DNA of 64,000 nt from an uncultured Planctomycetota bacterium (GTDB taxonomy: Bacteria; Planctomycetota; Planctomycetia; Isosphaerales; Isosphaeraceae), in the NCBI GenBank assembly GCA_963845755.1, contig CAWJTV010000033.1, positions 448,001 to 512,000 on the forward strand, read 5' to 3'. Position numbers and translations under genes: made by a program. The notes beneath the pieces are model-generated. The model worked only from the letters and a program-made list of their open reading frames with translations, made no database searches and was not told the origin of the DNA. The first letter of the stretch is position 1. Each line of letters opens with the position of its first letter. Below are positions 44,311 to 55,940 of the stretch, piece by piece.

Positions 44311-45621
44311 CTACTTCTCCAGCCGATGAATCGGATTGAGCACCAACCCCGTCAGGAGCTTGGGATAGAAGTACGTGCTCTTGGGCGGCATGGTCTCGAG
44401 GCCCGAGGCGATGGCTTCGACATGTTCCATCCGCGCAGGGGGGACGAGGCAGGCCAGGTCGCAGCCGCGAGCACCGACATCGTCGAGGACCTCGCGGAGC
44501 AAGTGGACATATCGACAAGACGGCGTCCCCATCGGCTTCAGAAGCGCGTCGAGCACGAGGACGTGGAGGATGCTGACCCCGAGGCTCCGCCAGTCGGGGC
44601 TATGCTCGGGAGCGAGGCGGTCCATGGCCACGTCGGAGCGCAGGCGGGCGACGAGCCATCGGCCGTCGGCCACCGTGCCGAACCCGAGCAGGTCCTGTTC
44701 ACCGCCCTGTTCGATGGCATCCCAGGCGGCCCGACAGCCGGCCTCGGCCTCGCCGGTCATGGTGACTTCAAACTCGGGCTGGAGTCGCGCGGTGAGTGCT
44801 TCGGCCGTGAGACCGGGAAAGCCGGAGACCAGCCGGTGCGTGGGCAGGATCAATAGACCGGGGTCGCTCATGCCGACCAGCATCATGAGGCAGAAGTTCG
44901 ACGGGTCGTCGTCGCCGGATGAGGCGCCGGACTGCTTCCGTTCATCGCGGTATTTCAGACCGGTCTCGTAGCGATGATGTCCATCGGCGATGAAGACCGG
45001 CTTGCCGGCCATGAGGCCGCGGATCGCCGTGTGAGTCCGAGGATCGTCGACGATCCAGAGCCGGTTCTCGACCCCGAGATGATCGGTCGCAACCATCGGC
45101 GTGCGGTCGCGCACGCCGGCCTCGATGGCGCGTACCACCTCACCATCGGCGTCGGGATAGAGCCCGAAGATGGGGCTGAGGTTGAATCCGGTCGCGTGGT
45201 AGAGGGCCAGCCGGTCGGCCTTGGGGCCGGACAGCGTCTGCTCGTGCGGATAGATCTTCCCCTGGCCGAACGGCTCGAGCCGCACCCGGGCCAGGAAGCC
45301 CCGGCGCGTGTGCGTCTGCCCTTCGACCTGGAATGTCTGTTCGTAGACGTACAGCGCGACGTGGTCTTCCTCGCGGAGGACGCCCTGGCGCAGCCAGTCC
45401 TTCAGGATCCGGGCGGCACGCGTGTAGCGGCCCTGGGCTTCGGTGTCGCCGGGCTCCTCGCGGTTGAGTTCCAGCCGGATCACGTTGTACGGGCTGGCCT
45501 GATAGAGCCGGTCCTGCAAGGCCGGGTCGATCACGTCATAGGGTGGGGCCACCACGTCGGATAGTGCCCCCACCCGGGCAACATCGAAGCGGACGCCATG
45601 GAACGGACTCACGTCGGGCAT
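44311..45621 (-). CDS. DUF1015 family protein
   Basis: APPYDVI, PHEQT, IADGHHRYET and MPPKSTYFYPK. Confidence 0.92.
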   Translation of the reverse strand: MPDVSPFHGVRFDVARVGALSDVVAPPYDVIDPALQDRLYQASPYNVIRLELNREEPGDTEAQGRYTRAARILKDWLRQGVLREEDHVALYVYEQTFQVEGQTHTRRGFLARVRLEPFGQGKIYPHEQTLSGPKADRLALYHATGFNLSPIFGLYPDADGEVVRAIEAGVRDRTPMVATDHLGVENRLWIVDDPRTHTAIRGLMAGKPVFIADGHHRYETGLKYRDERKQSGASSGDDDPSNFCLMMLVGMSDPGLLILPTHRLVSGFPGLTAEALTARLQPEFEVTMTGEAEAGCRAAWDAIEQGGEQDLLGFGTVADGRWLVARLRSDVAMDRLAPEHSPDWRSLGVSILHVLVLDALLKPMGTPSCRYVHLLREVLDDVGARGCDLACLVPPARMEHVEAIASGLETMPPKSTYFYPKLLTGLVLNPIHRLEK

Positions 45622-45717
45622 CGGACTTCCATTCTCCTGGAGTCAGTAGTCAGCTCAGAAAGACCGAAGGGGCTCACTGATTACTGACTACTGACTACTG
45701 ACCACTGGGGAAATGGC

Positions 45718-47220
<1,503 letters not shown>

Positions 47221-47224
<4 letters not shown>

Positions 47225-47547
47225 CATCGCTCGGGTGTGCTCCGGGCCAGGAGCAGCCGGAGCGTCTTGCGATGCTCCCAGTCCATCCAGTCCAGCGGCC
47301 CGGGTTCGGGGTGAGGCACCGAGGCGGAATTCAACAAGTCGGAAAGGGCCAGCCCATAAGCACGAGCCTGCGTCGAGACCATCGGAGTGTAGCGTTCCAC
47401 CAATGCGGTGAATCGCTCCCAGTCCGATTCCGACATCGCCACTCGAAGCGCCTTGCTGGTCCATTCTTCGGGCAACGGAGGATGCAACGGCCGCAATCCA
47501 CGCTCCTGTCCAGGACTCCGACGACGACCCAGGCGATCGCGTTCCAT
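47221..47547 (-). CDS. Hypothetical protein
   Basis: 108 aa with a GAGGGGAG RBS-like sequence. No family recognised. Confidence 0.5.
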
Positions 47548-47658
47548 GGCTGAAGAGCTCCCCTCATTCTGAGGTTGCCGGATCTCGTTTCCATCCACGT
47601 CGGGAGGGGAGTCTAACACACGCGTACGCGTGTATCAAGAGGGTGCTGTTGGAAATCC

Positions 47659-49170
47659 TCAATTCGCCGGTGCCGTGACTTTGAGATGAATCGTCATGGC
47701 AGTCGGGGCGCGGCAGACGAGGAGTTGCCGGGCCAGGTCGCGATGCAAGGTCACGCCCTGGCCGACCACCTCGACGCGGGTCCCGGCCGGGAACAGGGCG
47801 GTGGGGACGAAAATCTCGGTCTGCGCCGCGATCGGGGTCGTGATTCCAGTCGAACTCGAACCCGCACGGGCGGCCAGAGGGACCGGACGCCTCGTAACAG
47901 AATCGTAACGGCATGCCGGCAGTCGCACGTGGGTAGGCTCGAGGGCGGAAGTTCGGCCGCAACGTCCCCGAAGGGTCGAGGATGTTGAAATCCTCGGCGT
48001 TCCAGCCATCCTTGGTCTGGGCATTCCAGCGCGGGGTATAGTTCCACTGGGCACCCGAAGCCAGGCAGGCATCGAGGCGGTCATAGATCGCACTCACATA
48101 ATCCCCGGCCCGGACCGCCTCCGCACAGACGCCGAACTCTCCCAGGAACAGCGGCGTGTCCCAGCTCTGGGCCGTCGCCGACATGTTGGCGAAGGCCCGA
48201 TTCATCGCCAGCGTGGTGCCATGCCAGCGGCCGAGCACCACGGTGATCGGCCGGTAGTAGTGGGGTGCATAGGCGACCTGCCCGAATTCGGGTCGGGGCA
48301 AACGCGTCGCCAACCCACAATTGGTGGAAAGATGTCCTTCGAGGAACACGATGGCCGAGTGATGGGCCGATTGAATGACCCGGGCTGCGTCGCGGTAGAG
48401 CGGAGCGAGCTGGGTGCGCTCGTCGCCCCACGGCTCGTTCAACAGGTCGTAACCGATCACGCCGGGCTCCCGGGCGAACTCGGCGGCCGCCCGGCCGACC
48501 ATCGCCAGATACCGCGTCCGGACGCCGTGACAATCCGAGAAGAAGTCGGCGAACGACTTGTGCGTCGTCGGGTCGGTAGCCATCAGGACCGCCCAGTTCT
48601 TGCAGGCCGGGCCGTTGTCCGGTTTCGAGGCCCGACCTCGCGGCGAGACCGCCCAGCCCGGGAAGCCGTCGCCGGCACCACGAGATGCGAACCGGGAGAA
48701 GCCGTCCTGATGGAAGTCGATGATGATCGCGATGCCCCGCTCCCGCGCCGCCGCGACGACCGCACGCAAGTCGCTCACATAGCTGTCGTTGTACACGCCG
48801 GGTGCCGGCTCGTACGCCTCCCAGAGGAACAGCAGGCGGATCACGTTGAAGCCCAGGTCGCGCATCCGGTCGAGGTCGGCCGTGCTGGCACACGTCGAAA
48901 ACGGGGGCACCTTGGAATCGCCGGAGAGATTCACGCCGCGGAGGATCACCACGCGGCCCTGCGCATCCACAAAATGGCGCCCGGCGACCCGGAGCAGGGG
49001 GGTGTTTTCCGTCCGCACGCCAGTCGCCGGGGATGAAGCGACGAACCTCGTCAAAGATGTCTCATGAACGGATCGCTCCGGAATGCCGGCGCATCCCGTT
49101 GCGCCGAGCCCGACGATCAGCCCCACCACCGCACGCCAGAGCCGAGGGACCGAAGCCGTCTTGCCAGGCC
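47659..49170 (-). CDS. GH5 endoglycoceramidase-like glycoside hydrolase, probable lipoprotein (start uncertain; frameshift near 47830)
   Basis: [36 protein letters not shown] (acid/base), APHYY and FLGEFG (nucleophile). Lipobox ATGC. Confidence 0.88.
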
Positions 49171-49499
49171 GGGAAGATTCGCTAAAGTCCCGCAGGGTAA
49201 ACGGGATGACGGCCGGAGGCGAGATCCTGGCATCTCGGACGGTCGGAGGGGTTCGGTGGCGCACCGAGATCGGGCGCCACCGCGCAGCGGCGTGGCGTAG
49301 GGATGGCGGACACAGGAGAACTCCATTCCCCTGCGGAGGGATGTCGAATAAGGAGAGAAAGGCCATGCCGCCGTCGTTGGCGGGGGCCGGGGGCCTGATG
49401 AAGGGCCCCGCGTGGTTTCTATCCGGACGGTATCTGGGAAAAGGGCTCGACGCTGTGCCACAGAATCCCGATTCAGCCTCGCCCGGAGCGGATTCGGCC

Positions 49500-50117
49500 G
49501 TGTCTCGGGACGAGGGATCCGTCACACAATGGATCGACGGCCTGAAAGTCGGCGACCCGCACGCCGCCCAGGCGCTCTGGGAGCGCTACTTCGGACGGCT
49601 GGTCCGGCTGGCGCGGGCCCGACTGGCACCTTGTGCGGGAGCCGATGAGGACGAGGAAGATGCGGCCCTGAGTGCCTTTGATAGTTTTTGCGCGGGGCTG
49701 GCCCGCGGACGGTTCCCGTTGCTGGCGGACCGCGAGGACCTCTGGCGGCTGCTGGTCGTGATCACCGCACGGAAGGCCGCGGCCCAGGTCGATCGGCGTC
49801 GGGCCTGGAAGCGTGGGGGACGGTGGTTGCGACCCGATCGCGGCACAACGGCCCGCGATCCCGGAGACCACGACGGCGACCCGATCGCCGAGCTGGTCGC
49901 CCGCGAGCCCACCCCCGAATTCGCCGCGATGATGGCCGAGGAGTTCCGTCGCCTCCTGGACCGACTGGGCGACGAGCAGCTCCGCCGCATTGCCCTCGAG
50001 CGGATGGAGGGCTACACCGCGGACGAGATCGCCGACCGGCTCGGCTGTGCGCGCCGGACCGTCGCCCGCCGCCTCGACCTCATCCGGCAACTCTGGGGCG
50101 AGGAGGAACCGCGATGA
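49500..50117 (+). CDS. ECF-type sigma factor coupled to a kinase
   Basis: [45 protein letters not shown] and [13 protein letters not shown]. Confidence 0.9.
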   Translation: MSRDEGSVTQWIDGLKVGDPHAAQALWERYFGRLVRLARARLAPCAGADEDEEDAALSAFDSFCAGLARGRFPLLADREDLWRLLVVITARKAAAQVDRRRAWKRGGRWLRPDRGTTARDPGDHDGDPIAELVAREPTPEFAAMMAEEFRRLLDRLGDEQLRRIALERMEGYTADEIADRLGCARRTVARRLDLIRQLWGEEEPR

Positions 50118-51881
50118 ACGGCTCGACGCAGATCGCGTCCCCGACGATCCTGTCCCGCCGTGCGCCGGCCGACGACGCGGTCCGGATCGACGAGGCGTGC
50201 TGCCGTTTTGAAGCAGCCTGGCGCGAGGGCCTCACGCCGCGAATCGAATCCTTCCTGGATGTCGTCGCCGGTCCGGCCCGCTCCATCCTGCTCTTCGAGC
50301 TGCTCTCCCTGGAGCTCGAGCTGAGGAGCGCATGCGGCGAGGTGCCGATCGCGGACGATTACGGCCGACGCTTCCCCGACCAACGCGACATCGTCGAGCA
50401 CGCGTTCGGCCTGTGGTCTCGCGAGGCCAGACCGGCGCGTTCGTCGGCGAATGCCGTCTCGGTCACGGGTCCGGCTCCCGATCCCGCCCCCGTCCGGCGG
50501 GTTGGCGATTATGAGCTCGTGGAAGAGCTGGCCCGGGGCGGCATGGGAGTCGTTTACAAGGCGCGACAGCTCAGCCTCAACCGGATGGTGGCGCTCGAAG
50601 ATGATCCTCGCCGGGCCGTTCGCCTCGGAGGCCGAGATCCGCCGGTTTCGCGTCGAGGCGGAAGCGGCCGGCCGGCTCGATCACCCGCACATCGTCCCGA
50701 TCCTCGAAGTGGGGCGTCATCAGGACCACGCGTTCTACACAATGAAGCTGATCGACGGCGACGACCTGGGCCGGCACCTGCGCCGATTCGTCGGCGACCC
50801 GCGACGCGCCGCGACGCTGTTGGTCGCGATCGCCCAGGCAGTCCACCATGCGCATCGTCGCGGGTTGATCCATCGCGACCTGAAACCCTCGAACATCCTG
50901 ATCGATCCGGCGGGGCATCCCCACATCACCGACTTCGGGCTGGTCAAGCGGGCCGACGATGGGGCCAGCAGCCTGACGGCCTCGGGGGCCGTGCTGGGCA
51001 CGCCCTCGTACATGGCGCCCGAGCAGGCCGTGGGCGGACGGATCGGCCCCGCGGCCGACATCTACAGCCTGGGCGCGATCCTCTATCAGCTCCTGACCGG
51101 CCGGCCCCCGTTCCGGGCCGCGACGGTCGCCGAGACCCTCGCACAGCTCATCGAACAGGAGCCGACCCCACCCCGGCACTTGCGGCCATCGATCCCCGCC
51201 AAACTTCAACGGATCTGCTTGAAGTGCCTGGAGAAGAGGCCCGCTCGCCGTTATGCGTCGGCCGCCGACCTCGCCGAAGACCTCGATCGCTTCCTCCGCG
51301 GTGATGAGGTCCTCCCCGGCGGGTCCGGGCCGTCCCGGCGCCTCTGGCGCTGGGCGCGCCGCGAGCCGGAGTACGCCAGCCGGCTCGTCGGCCAGTCGCT
51401 GATCCTCGTGCTCACTCAGCTCAACTTCCTCCTGCACCATGCGCCCAACGCACGGATTCACTGGGGCGTCTCGATCGTCGAAGGATTGTGGCTGATTTCC
51501 GCCCTGGTCCTCCGCCGCTTCGCCCGCAGCGAGCGCGCCTCCGATGGCGTGCGCATGGCCTGGATGACGGTCGACGTCGCGCTCCTGACCGCCATCCTGG
51601 GGCTGCTGGGGGCCGTCAACAGCTCGCTGGTCCTCGGCTACGCCCTGGTGATCGCCGCCTCGGGGTTGTGGAATCGCATCCGGGTCGTCTGGTTCACCAT
51701 GGCGATCGCGATGCTCGGCTACGGTGCGCTGGCTTTCGATGCCTGGCGACGCGGTGGCCTGACCGACGGCAATCACTATCCGAATATCATCCTGCCCGTG
51801 CTGGTCGTCCTGGGCTTCCTCAACGGCCAGCATGTCCGTCGAATCCACGCGCTCTCACCGGTCGATCGAGACACAGTGTAG
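50114..51881 (+). CDS. Ser/Thr protein kinase with C-terminal membrane domain (frameshift near 50598)
   Basis: ATGA overlap with the sigma gene. RGGMGVVYKA, HRDLKPSN, DFGL and GTPSYMAPEQ. Confidence 0.92.
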
Positions 51882-51937
51882 GGTGGGTGAAACCCACCAA
51901 GAAGTGGTCCGATCCCGGCGGGTTTCACCCACCCTAC
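51878..51937. repeat. GTAG-type REP doublet between convergent genes
   Basis: GTAGGGTGGGTGAAACCCACC with inverted GGCGGGTTTCACCCACCCTAC. Confidence 0.75.
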
Positions 51938-51967
51938 CAGGGCCGGATGTCGCCGGCGGGCCGCGGC

Positions 51968-52930
51968 TTATCCCTTCTGAGAAATATACACTTCCGGATT
52001 CTTGTGGACAAAGTGGATGTCGAGAGTCCGCAGGTAAGTATGCAGCCCGGCGTCCTGGATCGGCATCAGGTGGGCGGGCGCCCCCGACTCGTTATGGTGC
52101 GAGTGCCACAGCCCTGGAGGGGTCACGAACGCGGACCCGGGCTTCCAGTCGGCGCGCTTTCCATCGGCGATGTTCCCCTGATCGTCCAACCGATGGCCCA
52201 CCATCGTGTAGCAACCGGGCTTGCAATCGATGATGAAATCCAGGGCGACCGACTCATGATGGTGCGGAAGCTGGACGGCGCCGGCTGGCAAGACGCCGAA
52301 CATGGCCCAGATCACGTGGGTGATCGTCCGGGTCTGGGGGAATTCCCGATTGGCCAGGAGGACGCTGACCCGGCTCTTCTTCGCCGCGTCGGGGTCCTTC
52401 TCGACCCGCTCCAGCTCCATGGCGGCCCGCTCGCTCGGGTAGAGCGTCGGTCGGAACCGCGGGGTCGTGGCCTCGACCCCAAGGTAGCGGAGCAACGGTT
52501 CGTCGTGGACCCAGTAGAAGGCTGCGTCTTCGTGGGCGAAGTGCTCCGCCTGGCTCTGAGCGGGGAGCGTGAGGAAATCGCCCTGCTCCCAGGGAATCTC
52601 CTCGCCGTGGGCCCGCGTGCGGCCGGTCCCGCGGATGACATGGTACAGCTCCGAGGTCGCATTCGGCGACGTGCGGATCCGCTCGCCCGCAAGGATCCGG
52701 ATGAAGTTCGAACAGAGCGCGGGGCTCGAGGCCGGGCCGGCACACTTCAGCTTCTCGCTGAGGTCGAACGGGATGATCCGCGTCGGCCCACTCTCGTGCA
52801 ATTCGCGGGGAAAGTCGGCCATCGGGACCTTGGGAATCAGCCCCGCAGCGATTGGGTTGGCGGCCTTGCTGTACTCGTAATACAGCCCGTCCTCGGTCCA
52901 GCGGCCTGCGTCACGATTCGTTTCGGGCAT
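51968..52930 (-). CDS. Bicupin protein (gentisate-dioxygenase-like fold)
   Basis: Two cupin repeats: WEQGDFLTLP, then PHHHES...FVTPPGLWHSHHN and IQDAGL. Confidence 0.8.
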   Translation of the reverse strand: MPETNRDAGRWTEDGLYYEYSKAANPIAAGLIPKVPMADFPRELHESGPTRIIPFDLSEKLKCAGPASSPALCSNFIRILAGERIRTSPNATSELYHVIRGTGRTRAHGEEIPWEQGDFLTLPAQSQAEHFAHEDAAFYWVHDEPLLRYLGVEATTPRFRPTLYPSERAAMELERVEKDPDAAKKSRVSVLLANREFPQTRTITHVIWAMFGVLPAGAVQLPHHHESVALDFIIDCKPGCYTMVGHRLDDQGNIADGKRADWKPGSAFVTPPGLWHSHHNESGAPAHLMPIQDAGLHTYLRTLDIHFVHKNPEVYISQKG

Positions 52931-53315
52931 GGGACAACTCCGGTTCGTTGGGATGGTTGGCGTTTCGAGTGTCGCACTCGATTGTCCACGGCGTTTCCGC
53001 GCGCGCCGGCTCGCGACTCACCGTGGCCGCATCGTGTTCCGAAGATGGTCCGCCCTTGATCCACCAGCGATGAATCGCCAGCGCCAGACCGAGAGTATTG
53101 GTGACGACCAGGCAGGCATTGAGCACGAAGTACACCCAGTTGCCCAGCATCCAGCTATAGACGACCTGGCCGGTGACTCCGACGAGAGCCAGGATGAAGA
53201 ACCAGAGGGTTGAGGCGGGTGCGTGTTCGTGCCGATTCTCCCACTGCTTGAAGGCTTGCAATCCGAACGTGGGTAGCAAGACCATGGCGCTGCCCCACCC
53301 GATGATCTCTCTCAT
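52911..53315 (-). CDS. Small three-helix membrane protein, PQ-loop/SemiSWEET-like
   Basis: MREIIGWGSAMVLLPTFGLQAFKQW...VYSWMLGNWVYFVLNA. GGAGG RBS. Confidence 0.6.
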   Translation of the reverse strand: MREIIGWGSAMVLLPTFGLQAFKQWENRHEHAPASTLWFFILALVGVTGQVVYSWMLGNWVYFVLNACLVVTNTLGLALAIHRWWIKGGPSSEHDAATVSREPARAETPWTIECDTRNANHPNEPELSHARNES

Positions 53316-53591
53316 GACCTGGCCTCCCCTGAAGTGAGCCGGGCGGCCGTAGGCCACCACAAGAAACGGGGGAAATCCTCCGAATCCTCCGGACGATGCC
53401 GGCGAATCCGATTTCCCATCCTTGCAATTTGCGCTCCGGTCACTCAGATCCTGCGGCCTTCGCAAGGATCGGGATGGCGAGAATCGCGGGGTGGTGTGCG
53501 GTGGCCTGGTACACCGATTGCATCTCGAAGCTCGCGGCGGTGGGTCGGCCTCCGGATGATTCGAATGCTCCGTTTTCCAGGTGGAACCGGC

Positions 53592-55805
53592 ATGAAATGG
53601 GACTGGATCCTCACGATCGCTTCAACCTTTTCGATGGTCTTGGCCGGTTCCGCTTCCGGCGCGGAGGAGGATCGGCGAATCGACGCGATGGTGGCCAGGT
53701 TGTCCCTGGAGGAGAAGCTCGGACAGCTCCAGCAGCTCGGAGGCGATGCGAACTCGGGCCGGCCGCGGGAGGGACAGCTCGACCTGGTCCGCCACGGCCG
53801 GATCGGCTCATTCCTGCAAGTGCGCGGCGCGAAGAATACCAATGAAGTCCAGCGGATCGCGATCGAGGAATCCGCGTCGAGGATCCCGATCCTGTTCGGC
53901 TTCGACGTGATTCATGGCTATCGGACGATCTTTCCCGCGCCGCTGGGCTCCGCCAGTAGCTGGGACCCCGCCTCGGCCGAGCGGTCGGCGCGAATCGCCG
54001 CCGCGGAGGCGTCGGCGGCCGGCGTGCGTTGGGTGTTCGCTCCGATGGTCGGCATCGCCCGGGACCCGCGTTGGGGACGGAACGTGGAGGGCGACGGTGA
54101 GGATCCGTACCTCGGTTCGGCGCTGGCTCGGGCCCGGGTCCGCGGATTCCAGGGGGACGACCTCGGCGCGAGCGGACATGTCGCCGCCTGCGCCAAGCAC
54201 TGGGTCGCCTACAGCGCGGTGGAAGCCGGACGAGAATACAACGCGGCCGACGTCTCGGAGCGGACGCTTCGGGAGATCTTTTTTCCACCGTTCCGGGCGG
54301 CCCAGGAAGCGGGCGCGGCTTCCTTCATGACCTCGCTCAACACCGTCAACGGCATCCCGGCCACGGCCAATCCGTTCACGATCGGCCGCGTGCTGCGCGG
54401 CGAGTGGCGATTCGATGGTCTGATCGTGAGCGATTACAATGCCGTGAAGCAACTCGTCCCTCACGGAATGGCGGCCGACGAGTGCGAGGCGGCCCGCCTG
54501 GCGCTGCTCGCGGGGATCGACATGGAGGAACAGAGCCGTGCGTTCAACACCTACGGCGCGCGACTCGTCCAGGAAGGGAAAGTCCCGATGTCGCGGATCG
54601 ACGAGGCGGTCAGGCGTGTCCTCCGCCTCAAGCTGCGCCTCGGCCTCTTCGATCACCCCTACACCGACGAGGACCGCGAGCATTCGGTGCTTCTCAGTCC
54701 GGAGCATCTCGCGGCCGCGCGGGAGATCGCCGGTCGTTCGATGGTCCTCTTGAAGAACGATCGTGCGACCCTGCCGCTCAAGCAACCTCTTCGGTCGATC
54801 GCCGTGCTGGGGCCGCTGGCCGATGATCGGCCTGCGCTCCTGGGTCACTGGCGAGGCGACGGCAAGGATGAGGACGTGGTCACGCTCCTGGACGGCATCC
54901 GCTCGAAGGCCGCGGAGGCCGGCGGCTCGACCCGGGTCGTCTTCGCCAGGGGCTGCGACGTGGAGGGAGACTCCCGGGCGGGCCTCGCCGAGGCCGTCCG
55001 GCTCGCGCGCGAGTCGGACATCGCCCTCCTCGCCGTCGGCGAGTCGGCGGCCATGACCGGCGAAGCCTCCTCGCGGACGTCGCTCGACCTTTCGGGCCGT
55101 CAGGAGGAGCTGGTCGAGGCGGTCGTCGCGACGGGGACCCCAACCGTCGTCGTGCTGATCAACGGCCGGCCCCTGACGATCGGCTGGATCGCCGAGCACG
55201 TGCCCGCGATCCTCGAAGCCTGGTTGCCGGGCACTCAAGGCGGACTTGCCATCGCCGATGTCCTCTTCGGCGACGTCAACCCCGGCGGAAAACTACCGAT
55301 CACGTTCCCGCGCGTCGTCGGCCAGATTCCCATTTACTACAACCACCTCAACACGGGCCGACCCGCGACGAGTTTCAAGTACACGTCGAAATACATCGAC
55401 AGCCCCGTCACACCCCTGTTTCCCTTCGGGCACGGCTTGAGTTATTGCCGCTTCCAGCTCGCGAACCTGCGGCTCAGTGCGCCTCGGATGACGATCCACG
55501 GTCAAGTGGTTGTGAGTGTCGACGTGCGGAACACCGGAGATCGGGCGGGTGATGAAGTGGTCCAGCTCTACATCCGTGACCTGGCGGCCAGCGTGGCGCG
55601 TCCTGTCCGGGAGCTCCGGGGCTTCGAACGGCTGACGCTCAAGCCGGACGAGACGCGGACCGTCCGGTTTCCGCTCGCGGCCGAAAGCCTGGGGTTCCAC
55701 GACGACCGTATGCGCTTCGTCGTCGAGCCGGGCGCGTTCAAAGTCTACGTCGGCAACAGCTCGGTCGGGGGACTGGAAGCCGATCTCGAAGTCGTCGCGG
55801 AATAG
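53592..55805 (+). CDS. GH3 beta-glucosidase (BglX-like)
   Basis: DVIHG, RDPRWGR, ACAKHW, VSDY, SMVLLKND, FPFGHGLSY and EVVQLY. Confidence 0.95.
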   Translation: MKWDWILTIASTFSMVLAGSASGAEEDRRIDAMVARLSLEEKLGQLQQLGGDANSGRPREGQLDLVRHGRIGSFLQVRGAKNTNEVQRIAIEESASRIPILFGFDVIHGYRTIFPAPLGSASSWDPASAERSARIAAAEASAAGVRWVFAPMVGIARDPRWGRNVEGDGEDPYLGSALARARVRGFQGDDLGASGHVAACAKHWVAYSAVEAGREYNAADVSERTLREIFFPPFRAAQEAGAASFMTSLNTVNGIPATANPFTIGRVLRGEWRFDGLIVSDYNAVKQLVPHGMAADECEAARLALLAGIDMEEQSRAFNTYGARLVQEGKVPMSRIDEAVRRVLRLKLRLGLFDHPYTDEDREHSVLLSPEHLAAAREIAGRSMVLLKNDRATLPLKQPLRSIAVLGPLADDRPALLGHWRGDGKDEDVVTLLDGIRSKAAEAGGSTRVVFARGCDVEGDSRAGLAEAVRLARESDIALLAVGESAAMTGEASSRTSLDLSGRQEELVEAVVATGTPTVVVLINGRPLTIGWIAEHVPAILEAWLPGTQGGLAIADVLFGDVNPGGKLPITFPRVVGQIPIYYNHLNTGRPATSFKYTSKYIDSPVTPLFPFGHGLSYCRFQLANLRLSAPRMTIHGQVVVSVDVRNTGDRAGDEVVQLYIRDLAASVARPVRELRGFERLTLKPDETRTVRFPLAAESLGFHDDRMRFVVEPGAFKVYVGNSSVGGLEADLEVVAE

Positions 55806-55940
55806 AATCGCGTCCCCCGGGTTCCACCCTGCGCGGAGCTCCTCCAGCCCGTTGGGCCGGGGAAACCGGCCCGGTTTCGGCGGCCGGAAGGGCGGCAGCA
55901 ACCGATCTCGTTCCCTCGCCCCCGCGTGGGAACCGCCTGT

